Shown piece by piece: positions 18,001-26,416 of a DNA stretch of 58,968 bases; position 1 is the first letter of the stretch; each line of letters starts with the position of its first letter. Under the pieces are notes generated by a model. It saw nothing but the letters and a program-made list of their open reading frames with translations. It was not told the DNA's origin and searched no databases. Origin of the DNA: a virus (Duplodnaviria; Caudoviricetes); the IMG/VR virus record IMGVR_UViG_3300037071_002299, positions 1 through 58,968 of that record; one strand, 5' to 3'. A program made the translations under genes and the position numbers.

Positions 18001-19690
18001 GGAATACCGCAAGGCGTGGGAGCAACTGCAGCAGCAGAAAGACGTCAAGACCATCATCGAAGGGCTGGTCGAGGTCGAGCAATTGCTGCTGGAAGCCTCG
18101 GGTCGTACCGCAGAGGCGCAAGCCCTCGCCACGCAGGAACGCTACAAGAAGCTGCTCGATGCCGTGTCGGCCGAGACCGAGCGCGCCGTGGCCGACATGG
18201 AGGCGCTCAGCGCCCAAGTGGAAGGTGCGGTGATCGATCCGACGGTCGACGCGAGTGGCATCGAGCACATCACCATCGAGGCGAAGAAGGCGAAGTACAG
18301 CCTCGAGGAACTGCAGCAGATCGAGATCAAGATCAAGGCTGCGATGGACATCGAATCGTTCCGTGCGCAGGCCGACGCGCTCGACAGGCGGATCGAGGAC
18401 ATCCGTACGGATTTCGGTCGTCAGGAGCAGACCATTCAGGCGCGGGTCGACACGGGACTGCTGTCGGAGATCGGCGCCCGCAGAGAACTGATCCGCGTGC
18501 ATCAGCGCGAGGCGGCGGCGCTGCAGGACCTCTACAACCAGTACAAGGCGCTCGCCGACATCAGCGGCATGGACGAAGTCCGCCGCAAGATGGAAGAACT
18601 CGGGATCATCATCGAGGATCTGAAGACCTCGGTGGACACGCTCGGCAAGGCGATGGCCGATGCGTTTGAGGAAGGAATCGGGGAGGCGCTCGGCGACGTG
18701 GCGAAGGGCGTCGCCTCGCTCGGTGAGGCGGCCGAGAGTTTCCTCGAGAGCCTCACGGATGCGCTTATCGATTGGGCGTCGGAGCAGGTGGCCGCGCAGA
18801 TGCGCGACGTCATCTTCGGACCCAATGGTCCGCTCGGGGAGATCCTGAAGACGATCGGGGGCGGGGGGCTCTTCGCTGGCGGCGGCGCCGGCCTCTTTGG
18901 CGACGGGCTCGAGGAGATCGCGGTCACGGCGCAGCGGTTGCCCGAGGGCGTGGGCGAGGTGGCGGCGGCGGGGGCGGAGACGGCAGGGATGGCAGCGGCG
19001 ATCACGGCGGCCGGCACCGCGGCGGGGGCGTCGATCACCGGGGCCACGGCGGCGCTCACCACCGCAGGGGCGACCGTCGCCGGAGCAATCACCACCGCTG
19101 GCACTGGGGTCGCCGGGGCGATCTCGGCGGCGGGTAGCGCGGCGGCGGCGGCGATCGGGGCGGCCAGTGCCAGTTCCGCCATCCCGATCCCGATACCGGG
19201 CGCGGCGGGGGGCGGCCTGCTCGCGGACATCGCCGTGGTGGCCGGATTGGGGATGGGGCGGTATGCCGGAGGGGGTCCGCTCGATGTCTTCTCTGGGGGC
19301 TTCCTGCGCGGTCCCGGCACGCCCACCTCGGACTCGCTCCTGCTGCGGGGCTCGCGGGATGAATTCATGGTGCAGGCGCGGGCGGTCGGCCAGCCGGGCG
19401 GGCGGCAGTTCCTCGACGCCTACAACAGCGGGCTGGTGACGGTGCGGGAGATCCGCCACGGGCTGGAGTCGATCGGGCGGGTGCCGCGCTTTGCGGGGGG
19501 TGGATCGCTGTCCTCGGGTGCCAGTCCAGCCGCGGTGAGCAGCCCAGCGGTCTCCCGCCGACAGGGGGACACGATCAACCAGTACCTGACGATCAACGCA
19601 CCGGGGGGCAATGTGAGTCGACAGACCGAACTGCAGATCACCGCCGCTGCCGCGCGTGGCGCACGGACCGCTGACAGGCGCAACAACTGA
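15014..19690 (+). CDS. Tape measure protein
   Basis: 1558 aa, helical Ala/Glu/Gln-rich; LGTLTLDL N-terminus, tape-measure domain (EEFNSVLE), C-terminal GPGTPTSDS and FAGGG motifs. Confidence 0.95.
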   Translation: MATRGLGTLTLDLLLKVGGFKQGMTEAERAAERAMRAITESARRASKDVNQSFSGGVKVEGLQKAARIVQTELKKTEDSVKAVKATFGDVGFRIPGLRQAEIEARKLNEAMALLRERTAQLLQAGFGERVAAQVATPLELYRKQVELLNFAAAQGVINQQTFSRALHSTTQAFIAGTPAMQRWNLLVEEGKRLMAANVGPQDAFRNRFKELTQLALSGQITPEVRTSEIAKEKAIRDSLTGVTAENNRLDTEAKRIKESQIPPQREYNEAMALTQKLLDTQRIDQAEFNTEAQRLKAILDASNPAQQEQNRLMAEAAKLAARLQDPLIQYQQRLKEIAAMKIAAPDLVSDEIETAAIKEAEDAYNKLNPEIQENLRLEKEAAAIKAANTTAQERYDAAIAHSASLIGKVGFTQADHNREIARQKAILDASNPALQEHARLMAEGARATKTHMSAQEQLDAAIAHADKLLATYDATLKRTAIDQQTHTRMVAAARAEFDRASQSTQKLSGRFLEFSKLLNRGFGLQSFVAQALSIFAIINLVRSIIQITDELKLLENRLRLVTHSTSDLVRTQKELFEVAQRTRQEYTGVTDLYIRLAQASSELGATQQELIAVTEATGNALAIAGTGAERARGVLIQLTQGLGGGTFRAEEFNSVLEGAAPLVRIVAKHIDRFAGSVQALRKEVREGTVTSKEFFDAIRDGSEELSKQVASTPVTISQAFTQLKNVFQQAVLGTDMQPLVKGILDLKVLLEDPQFQQALVDFVNLLLTAGGAVLRTGEHFAQLALELKQSIAYAKGELSEIEVLEAKIQRVGFTLRQAQRGGFLESGDITAIGLSVEGLTAKLERLRKELELLKGQELSEIVITAKSIEAPVAPIGDPKALEQIRKQIEALEQQRVLLGKNAAATMAYRIAVGDLRETFQKAAPDAEDLKGALIAAAAALEQETAVQSVKNSIEALQRQAAVLNLTEKEAFEYNLTQGEQADQLERTGKAQAGLTEEYRKAWEQLQQQKDVKTIIEGLVEVEQLLLEASGRTAEAQALATQERYKKLLDAVSAETERAVADMEALSAQVEGAVIDPTVDASGIEHITIEAKKAKYSLEELQQIEIKIKAAMDIESFRAQADALDRRIEDIRTDFGRQEQTIQARVDTGLLSEIGARRELIRVHQREAAALQDLYNQYKALADISGMDEVRRKMEELGIIIEDLKTSVDTLGKAMADAFEEGIGEALGDVAKGVASLGEAAESFLESLTDALIDWASEQVAAQMRDVIFGPNGPLGEILKTIGGGGLFAGGGAGLFGDGLEEIAVTAQRLPEGVGEVAAAGAETAGMAAAITAAGTAAGASITGATAALTTAGATVAGAITTAGTGVAGAISAAGSAAAAAIGAASASSAIPIPIPGAAGGGLLADIAVVAGLGMGRYAGGGPLDVFSGGFLRGPGTPTSDSLLLRGSRDEFMVQARAVGQPGGRQFLDAYNSGLVTVREIRHGLESIGRVPRFAGGGSLSSGASPAAVSSPAVSRRQGDTINQYLTINAPGGNVSRQTELQITAAAARGARTADRRNN

Positions 19691-20310
19691 TGAGCGACTT
19701 CATCGAGTCGCCGCGGTTTCCGGCGTGCCCGAGCTTCGGCTACACCTCGGAGCCTGAGTACAAGGTCATCATCCAGCGGCGGGCGAGCGGCGTAGAGAAG
19801 CGCAACCGCGCCTGGTTGCGCCCGCTGATCCGCGGCACGGTCACGGTGGGTCCGCGCCTTGAGGCTGAGATCGAGGAACTGCTGACATGGTGGCATGCAA
19901 CGGGCGGCATGGCGCGCGGTTTCCGGTTCAAGGACCGGGTCGACTGGAAGTCGACGACGCAGATGGCACAGTCTGTGTCGAATACCGACCAGCCGCTCGT
20001 CGAGACGACGACACCGGGAGTCTACCAGCTGACCAAGCGTTATCAGGTCGGTATCGACGAGGATGGTGATCCGGTTTATCAGGACCGCTACATCTACAAA
20101 CCCGTCTCGGGCACGGTGGTGCTCTCGGGTGGCGGGTCGGTTGACTACACGACCGGGCTCGTCACCGGAGGAGGCGCCGGTACTTGGGGCGGGGAGTTCG
20201 ACGTGCCGATGCGATTCGACTCCGGCTTCCCGGTCGAGATCGTGCAGGCACGGATCGAGTCGGTGACCTTTGCGCTGCAGGAACTTCGCATGACCGGAGA
20301 GACCGGGTGA
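19690..20310 (+). CDS. Distal tail protein (DUF2460, GTA-like)
   Basis: SGVEKRN, GFRFKD..DWKS, GEFDVPMRFD. Confidence 0.88.
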   Translation: MSDFIESPRFPACPSFGYTSEPEYKVIIQRRASGVEKRNRAWLRPLIRGTVTVGPRLEAEIEELLTWWHATGGMARGFRFKDRVDWKSTTQMAQSVSNTDQPLVETTTPGVYQLTKRYQVGIDEDGDPVYQDRYIYKPVSGTVVLSGGGSVDYTTGLVTGGGAGTWGGEFDVPMRFDSGFPVEIVQARIESVTFALQELRMTGETG

Positions 20311-21257
20311 GAACCATCCCCGCGGGCTTCCTCGACAGCCACGTCACCCAACTCCACGTCTGCTGGCGCGTCATCCGCCGCGACGGTGAAGTGATCTACG
20401 GCACCGAATGCGACGAGGACATTACGATCACGACCGGCGACTACGTGGGCGTGTACATCGCCCGCGCCGGTATCACGGGCAGCGACATCCGCTCGACCTC
20501 GGACTTGTCGGTCGACAATCTCGAGGTGGTGGGCGCGCTCGCGCCGTCAGCCGTGCCGGGCGATACGGGTGATACGAGTGACACCAGCGACACAGGCACG
20601 CTCACGCTCATCGACGTCAGTGCGGCCGACATCGAGGCGGGACTGCTCGACAACGCCGAAGCCGTCACGTTCATCGTCAACTCCGACGACCCTGATCTCT
20701 ATCAGCGTGTCCTGCGAGCCGGCTGGATCGGCAACGTCACGCGCACGGCCGAGGGTAAATGGACGACTGAGCTGCGTGGTCTGACGCAGGCGCTCTCGCA
20801 GGGCATCGTTCGGACTTACGGCGTCGGCTGCGATGCGGAGTTGTTCGACGCACGCTGCAGGGTCGATCCCGCGGCGTTCTCCCTCTCCAGTTACGTCTAC
20901 GAGCTCGACAGCCGTCGGCGCTTCAAGGTGCATCCGGACTTGGGCGACTTGGGCGCGCAACCGGGTCAGGTGCCGGGCGGCATGATTACATGGACCTCGG
21001 GCGCCAATACCGGCTACTCGATGGAGATAAAGACCTACAGCGATGGAGCGCCCGACACGCTCGACAACCTGTTCTGGGTCGAACTCTTTCTGCCGATGCC
21101 GAGGGACATCGACTTCGGCGACACCTTCGACTTCCGAGCCGGCTGTGACAAGAAGATGGAGACCTGCCTCGGCGTCTATAGCAACCTGCCGAACTTCCGA
21201 GGCCATGGTGTCCTCGTTCCCGGTGATGCAGAAATCCTCAAGGTGGGCAAGAAGTGA
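20307..21257 (+). CDS. Baseplate hub protein (DUF2163, GTA-like)
   Basis: CWRVIRRDG, CDAELFDARC, GCDK...C...N..NFRG. Confidence 0.88.
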   Translation: MRTIPAGFLDSHVTQLHVCWRVIRRDGEVIYGTECDEDITITTGDYVGVYIARAGITGSDIRSTSDLSVDNLEVVGALAPSAVPGDTGDTSDTSDTGTLTLIDVSAADIEAGLLDNAEAVTFIVNSDDPDLYQRVLRAGWIGNVTRTAEGKWTTELRGLTQALSQGIVRTYGVGCDAELFDARCRVDPAAFSLSSYVYELDSRRRFKVHPDLGDLGAQPGQVPGGMITWTSGANTGYSMEIKTYSDGAPDTLDNLFWVELFLPMPRDIDFGDTFDFRAGCDKKMETCLGVYSNLPNFRGHGVLVPGDAEILKVGKK

Positions 21258-21772
21258 GCCCATGTTCCGGCTGCATTAAAGTGCGCCGTGCCATCATCAA
21301 TAGAGCGCCACCTCGCATCGCCGCCCCTCTCGCCCGCGCTTTTCTGCCGACGGTCACGACCGCGGCTGCCGTCATTGCTGAAGCTCGTACGTGGGTCAAC
21401 GTGCCGTTCCGGCATCAAGGTCGCGACCGCAGCGGGGTCGATTGCGTTGGGATGCCGATCGTCGTGTTGCACGCACTCGGCGCAGTCTCAGGCGACTTTG
21501 AAATTCGCGACTATTCCCGTCGGCCGCACCACGGCAACCTTGAGCAGCGCCTCACCGCGCACTGCACGCCGCTGCCGGAATACGTGCCCGGCTGCCTGGT
21601 CGCAATCCGCTGGGAAAAGACCCTCGCGCACGTCGCGATCTACACCGACACCGACACCCTGATCCATGCACTCGAGCGCCATCAGAAAGTAATCGAGCAC
21701 GGCTTCCGCGGCATGTGGCGTGCGCGCTTCGCACAGGGCGCATGGGCGCTGCCGGGGGTGCGCTATGGCTGA
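21254..21772 (+). CDS. Tail-associated NlpC/P60 peptidase
   Basis: ARTWVNVPFRHQGR..GVDCVG catalytic Cys, HVAI, LIHA. Confidence 0.9.
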   Translation: MSPCSGCIKVRRAIINRAPPRIAAPLARAFLPTVTTAAAVIAEARTWVNVPFRHQGRDRSGVDCVGMPIVVLHALGAVSGDFEIRDYSRRPHHGNLEQRLTAHCTPLPEYVPGCLVAIRWEKTLAHVAIYTDTDTLIHALERHQKVIEHGFRGMWRARFAQGAWALPGVRYG

Positions 21773-24700
21773 CCAAGTTGGCCGTTTTGCGCTGACTGCT
21801 ATCGGCGGATACTTTTTTGGTCCGTGGGGGGCACTGGCGGGTAGTTTCCTTGCCAATTTTCTCTTTCCGGTCGAAGGCCAGAAAGGACCGCGCCTCAACG
21901 AACTGAACTTACAGCACTCGACCATCGGCGCAGCGATCCCGATCGTCTACGGTACGGGTGTCCTCGCCGGAAACGTGATCTTCAGCGGTGGCCTCACCGA
22001 GACCGAGCATGAGGGTGGCGGCGGCAAGGGTGGGCCGAGCGGACCGGCGACGTACTCGTATGCCGTTGATGTTGCAGTTGGCATCTGTGAAGGTCCGATT
22101 GGGGGTATCAGGCGCATCTGGGCAGACGCGGATCTGATCTATGACGCGAGCGATGACACGACGCTCGCAGAGCGGTTCGGGGATGACTTTGAGAATATCT
22201 CGGAGGCGTTTCTCGCCATCCGCGCGATGTCTGCACAACTGGACTTTGATTTATACCTCGGCGACGAAGATCAGCTGCCTGATCCCACGATTGAAAGCCA
22301 TGTCGGCGTTGGCCTTACGCCAGCGTATCGCGGACTGGCGTACATCGTCCTGCCAAACTTCCAGCTTGAGAAGTTTGGCAATCGCATCCCGAATTTCAGG
22401 TTTGAAGTCTTTACGCTCGGCACTAACACGGAGTGCGCGGTCTACAGCGCCGGGCATCTCGAGCCTTGGCAGTTCTATTACAACGCTGGCACATTAGATC
22501 CGCGCAACCCTAGCAATCAACACCTCTATGGCTACACCGAGCTTGGTGGTTCACCAAATACGACCTACGAGGCTGCACTTGCCGACATCAACGCGGTTAC
22601 TGATCATCCAGAAAACCCATTTCATTTTGAAAAAGCTCCACAGCACGGGCCAACTTATGTTCACGGCTGGGCGATCACGCAGTCGGGCGGTGGTGGACTA
22701 ACAAACCCCTGCGGGATCGAGGAGTCTGACCCCTTCTCAGGCGACCCCGGCACCGATTACATCGGGGTCTTCATGTCGGTTAATTCGCTTGAGACTGTCA
22801 GCGATGAATGTGAGTCGGCGCTTGGTAATCCGTCAGGCTTTACAGAGACATGTGCAGCATGGTGGACGCTTCTGGGTGGCAAGGGTCGAGTCAAATACGT
22901 CATTGATAAAACAGGTGGTTCCTCTGGTTACTGGGTTCTTACTGATCACAATGAAGACCCAGCACCGTGGTTTGAAGGCACTACGAATGCGTCCGGTGAC
23001 GTATATCACGTTATCGGGCAAACAATTCCCTGCGCTGATCTGGGTGGTGGTTCCTTTGATGTTTGGCGCATGGCGTCACACGAGATCGAAGTACGGCGCT
23101 GGTGGGCGCCGACGAGTTCACTGTTTGAATGGACGCGAGTCTCCGGCACCTTCAAGTCGCTGCGCCCGTATGTCGAGAATAGTGGCGTCGTCACGTCCTA
23201 TCCGAAAGACCCGACACTGCGCAGCGATGACGTTAACTATGACAACGAAGACTATTGGACTGCAGCTTACAACGCGGCGGTGGCGGACAATGCTTCGCTA
23301 GGCATTAACGATCGGAACCGCATTCCTGAAGATTGGGTTTACGGCGTCGACTATCCGACGGCGTCGTCCTCGCATATCTCAAACATCCAGAGCGGCATCG
23401 TCTGGGCGGGCAGCTGCACCACCGTCACGACCGAGTGCATCCCGATGGCGGAGATCGTATCCGACATCTGCCGCCGGGATGGGTTGCGCACCGACACCTC
23501 GAGCCAGATCGACGTCTCGGATCTCTCGACCTGCGTGCCTGGTTATATCGTTGGGCAGCAGATGTCGGGGCGTGATGCACTCGGACCGCTGCGCATGTAC
23601 GGGCTCTTCGACGCAGTCGAGAGCGATGCCGTGCTGCGGTTTGTCGAGCGGGGTCATGCGCCGGTCGCGACGCTGACGACCGACGATCTGGGCGCGCATG
23701 AACACGGCTCAGAGCCACCGTCTCTGGTTGAGGTCGCGCGCACGCAGGAGAAGGATCTGCCGCGCCGTGTGCGCCTGCACTTCCCGAATTTCCTGCACGA
23801 CCATGAGGTGAGCGAGCAGTCCGCCTCGCGCATCACGACGGAAGCAATCGATGAACTCGATGTGCAGTTACCGGTGTCGATGGAGCCCGACACCGCGAAG
23901 CAGCTCGTCGAGATCATGCTGTCCGAGGCGTGGGTCGCCCGCAACGGCTACCGTTTCTCGCTCGACAACGACTGGCTCGGCCTCGAGCCCACGGACTGCG
24001 TTGGCCTTCCCGTGGATGGCAACCTTGAGCGGGTCCGCATCGTTGCGATCGACTACAAGATCGGTGGTCTACTGCAAGTCGACGCCATGCGTGACGACGA
24101 CGGCACGTATGTCTCGACCGCCGTGGCGGTTCCGGGTCAGCCTTCGGGCGGCGTACCGGGCAGCTCGGGTGGCGGTCCGATCTGCGATTCCGCGGTGGTG
24201 CTGCTCGACATTCCTTGCCTGACGGGCACACCGCCGAGCGGCGACGAGGCATGGATCTACGCCGCGATTTACGGCACCTGTGCCAATTTCTGGAATAGCG
24301 CGGCGCTCTATCGCAGCGACGACGGCGGCGAGACCTATGCGCAGATCGCGCGCGCGGAGCAGGAAACGACGGTCGGCACGATCCTCGACATGACCGGTCC
24401 TGACACGGACCCGACACTGCCGGGGGACTCCCCGCCGTACGACAGCAGCAACTCAATCACTGTCAACCTTCTTGAAGGCACGCTCGCCAGCGTGAGTGAT
24501 GCGGGGATCGACGCGGGCTTGAATCTCGCGGCGATCGGCCAGCCTGGCCGCTGGGTGATCATCCAGTTCAAGACCGCCGATCTCGACACAAATAACGTCT
24601 GGACGTTGACCGACCTAATCTGGGGCGTCAACGGCACCGAGCACTTGCTCGGCACGACCGGCGAAAATGACACCTTTGTGCTGCTGTCCGACTCGGCACT

Positions 24701-25565
24701 GCTGCGCATTCCTGTGCCGGCGAGTGCGATCGGTGTCCAGAAACATTACAAGGTTGTGAGTGCCGGCCAGTCGATCGACGCCGTCGATGAAATCACGTTC
24801 ACCACCTGGGGCCTGTGCTATCAGCGGTTCTGCCCCTCGACGGTGATCTCGGCCACACTCACCGATCCACCCGCATCGCCTGTCGATGGCGACTCTTACC
24901 TGCTCCCGAATGACACCGGGCTCACGGGATCTTGGGCTGCGCACGGCGGTGAGATTGCGACGTGGAGCAGTGAGACCGGGTCGTGGGTGTTCTGCATGCC
25001 GGTGCCCGGCAGCATCATTCACATCAGCGACGGTGAAGACACGAGCGGCGGCGGCACCGATGTCATCTCCGGTGGCGATGGCAGCTACACCCCCTCGCCG
25101 TGGGCTCAGACCAGTGCGACCTTCGTCACCGTCCACGATGAAAGTGCCACGCTGCCGAATTCCTTCCGACTTGTGGAAGGCACGGTGGTCGACTTTGAGT
25201 TCGACACCAGCGCGAACACGCTCACCATCAACGCGGGCGGCATCCCGCAGAACCTGCAGAACGGCAGCTACACGATTCTTGCGGCTGACAACGGCCGGCA
25301 CCTCTATCACCCCTCGGGTGCGGCAGCGGGCCATACCTACACGCTGAACATCGACGGTGCGGACATCGGCGCCGGCTTTGCGGTCACGATCTTCAACCTG
25401 AGTGCCAACCCGCTCTCGATTGCGGTGACTGGCGGCACGCTGCGCTGGATCGGCAGCGGTGCGGGTGCCACTGGCACGCGCTCGATGGCGCAGTACGGTC
25501 ATTGCACCATCGTGGTCACAGATACGGGCGACGAGGCGCTCGTGGATGGAGCCTTGCTCACATGA
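21765..25565 (+). CDS. Central tail tip/host specificity protein (GTA megatron-like)
   Basis: GPRL, IPIVYG, AVGICEGPI, PAYRGLAY, GNRIP motifs; C-terminal PPASPVDGDSY fibre-type module. Confidence 0.88.
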   Translation: MADQVGRFALTAIGGYFFGPWGALAGSFLANFLFPVEGQKGPRLNELNLQHSTIGAAIPIVYGTGVLAGNVIFSGGLTETEHEGGGGKGGPSGPATYSYAVDVAVGICEGPIGGIRRIWADADLIYDASDDTTLAERFGDDFENISEAFLAIRAMSAQLDFDLYLGDEDQLPDPTIESHVGVGLTPAYRGLAYIVLPNFQLEKFGNRIPNFRFEVFTLGTNTECAVYSAGHLEPWQFYYNAGTLDPRNPSNQHLYGYTELGGSPNTTYEAALADINAVTDHPENPFHFEKAPQHGPTYVHGWAITQSGGGGLTNPCGIEESDPFSGDPGTDYIGVFMSVNSLETVSDECESALGNPSGFTETCAAWWTLLGGKGRVKYVIDKTGGSSGYWVLTDHNEDPAPWFEGTTNASGDVYHVIGQTIPCADLGGGSFDVWRMASHEIEVRRWWAPTSSLFEWTRVSGTFKSLRPYVENSGVVTSYPKDPTLRSDDVNYDNEDYWTAAYNAAVADNASLGINDRNRIPEDWVYGVDYPTASSSHISNIQSGIVWAGSCTTVTTECIPMAEIVSDICRRDGLRTDTSSQIDVSDLSTCVPGYIVGQQMSGRDALGPLRMYGLFDAVESDAVLRFVERGHAPVATLTTDDLGAHEHGSEPPSLVEVARTQEKDLPRRVRLHFPNFLHDHEVSEQSASRITTEAIDELDVQLPVSMEPDTAKQLVEIMLSEAWVARNGYRFSLDNDWLGLEPTDCVGLPVDGNLERVRIVAIDYKIGGLLQVDAMRDDDGTYVSTAVAVPGQPSGGVPGSSGGGPICDSAVVLLDIPCLTGTPPSGDEAWIYAAIYGTCANFWNSAALYRSDDGGETYAQIARAEQETTVGTILDMTGPDTDPTLPGDSPPYDSSNSITVNLLEGTLASVSDAGIDAGLNLAAIGQPGRWVIIQFKTADLDTNNVWTLTDLIWGVNGTEHLLGTTGENDTFVLLSDSALLRIPVPASAIGVQKHYKVVSAGQSIDAVDEITFTTWGLCYQRFCPSTVISATLTDPPASPVDGDSYLLPNDTGLTGSWAAHGGEIATWSSETGSWVFCMPVPGSIIHISDGEDTSGGGTDVISGGDGSYTPSPWAQTSATFVTVHDESATLPNSFRLVEGTVVDFEFDTSANTLTINAGGIPQNLQNGSYTILAADNGRHLYHPSGAAAGHTYTLNIDGADIGAGFAVTIFNLSANPLSIAVTGGTLRWIGSGAGATGTRSMAQYGHCTIVVTDTGDEALVDGALLT

Positions 25566-26416
25566 CCGTTCAGCAGTGGTTCTACATGCTGAGCGGCGAG
25601 CCGGTCGTTATCAACATCGGTGAGTACGTCGGCGGCGGACCGTCCTCTTATCCGATTCCTGCTGGCGCGAAATGTCTGCTCGTTCTAGCGACGGCTGGCG
25701 GCGGTGGTGGTGGGTCGGGCGTGGTCGGCGCGGTCAATTCTGCGCGGCGTGGCGGCGGCGGCGGTGGCGGCGGCGGCATGACGTTTCATGTGTTGCCTGC
25801 TGACTTCTATGGGTCACCCTATTCAAACGTGAGCGTTGACGGCAGCGCGGGTGGCGCGGGTGGCGCGGGGCGGTCAAGCAACGGTAACGGCACGGCTGGC
25901 ACGGGTGCGGTGCCCGCGCACGCCAGCGTGGTGCGCGCTGGCGGCGGGTTCGCGGGTCCGCAAGCCACAACGACGACTGGCGGTACGGGAGGGGCCACTG
26001 GCCTCGGCTCACAAGGCTCTGGAGGCACGGGCGGCGCGGGCGGTCTAGCACCGGCGGCGGCTCAGGTTCGCACCAATAGCGTCGTCACAACGGGCGGCGG
26101 TGGTGGCGGCGGTGCGGTACAGACCACCAACGTCGAAAGCGCGGGCGGCGCGGGCGGCAGCAACAGCACGCTCAGTATCACAGCTGCTGCTGGCGGCGCG
26201 ACTGGAAGCGATCCCGGGGCGGATGCCGCTGAGGCATATCAAGGCGGCGGCGGCGCGGGCGGTGAGGCAAGTTCAGCAACAGCAAATCAACTCTCCGGTA
26301 CGAGTCACATCTATGGCGCAGGCGGTGCGGGCGGCGCGGCGGCCACGGCCAACGGGCCTTCACAGGCTGGGCGCAATGGTGCGGATGGCGTGCTGCTCGT
26401 TGCGGCGGCACTCTGA
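25562..26416 (+). CDS. Glycine-rich tail fibre-like protein
   Basis: Poly-Gly GGGGGG and GGAGG repeats downstream of the tail tip gene. Confidence 0.7.
   Translation: MTVQQWFYMLSGEPVVINIGEYVGGGPSSYPIPAGAKCLLVLATAGGGGGGSGVVGAVNSARRGGGGGGGGGMTFHVLPADFYGSPYSNVSVDGSAGGAGGAGRSSNGNGTAGTGAVPAHASVVRAGGGFAGPQATTTTGGTGGATGLGSQGSGGTGGAGGLAPAAAQVRTNSVVTTGGGGGGGAVQTTNVESAGGAGGSNSTLSITAAAGGATGSDPGADAAEAYQGGGGAGGEASSATANQLSGTSHIYGAGGAGGAAATANGPSQAGRNGADGVLLVAAAL

Noticed and set aside
17258-19459. 733-aa minus-strand ORF
   Set aside because: Antisense shadow of the tape measure gene; no motifs.
18770-19520. Very G-rich stretch in the tape measure gene as a separate element
   Set aside because: Explained by Gly/Ala-rich coding sequence with G-ending codons; reading frame is intact.
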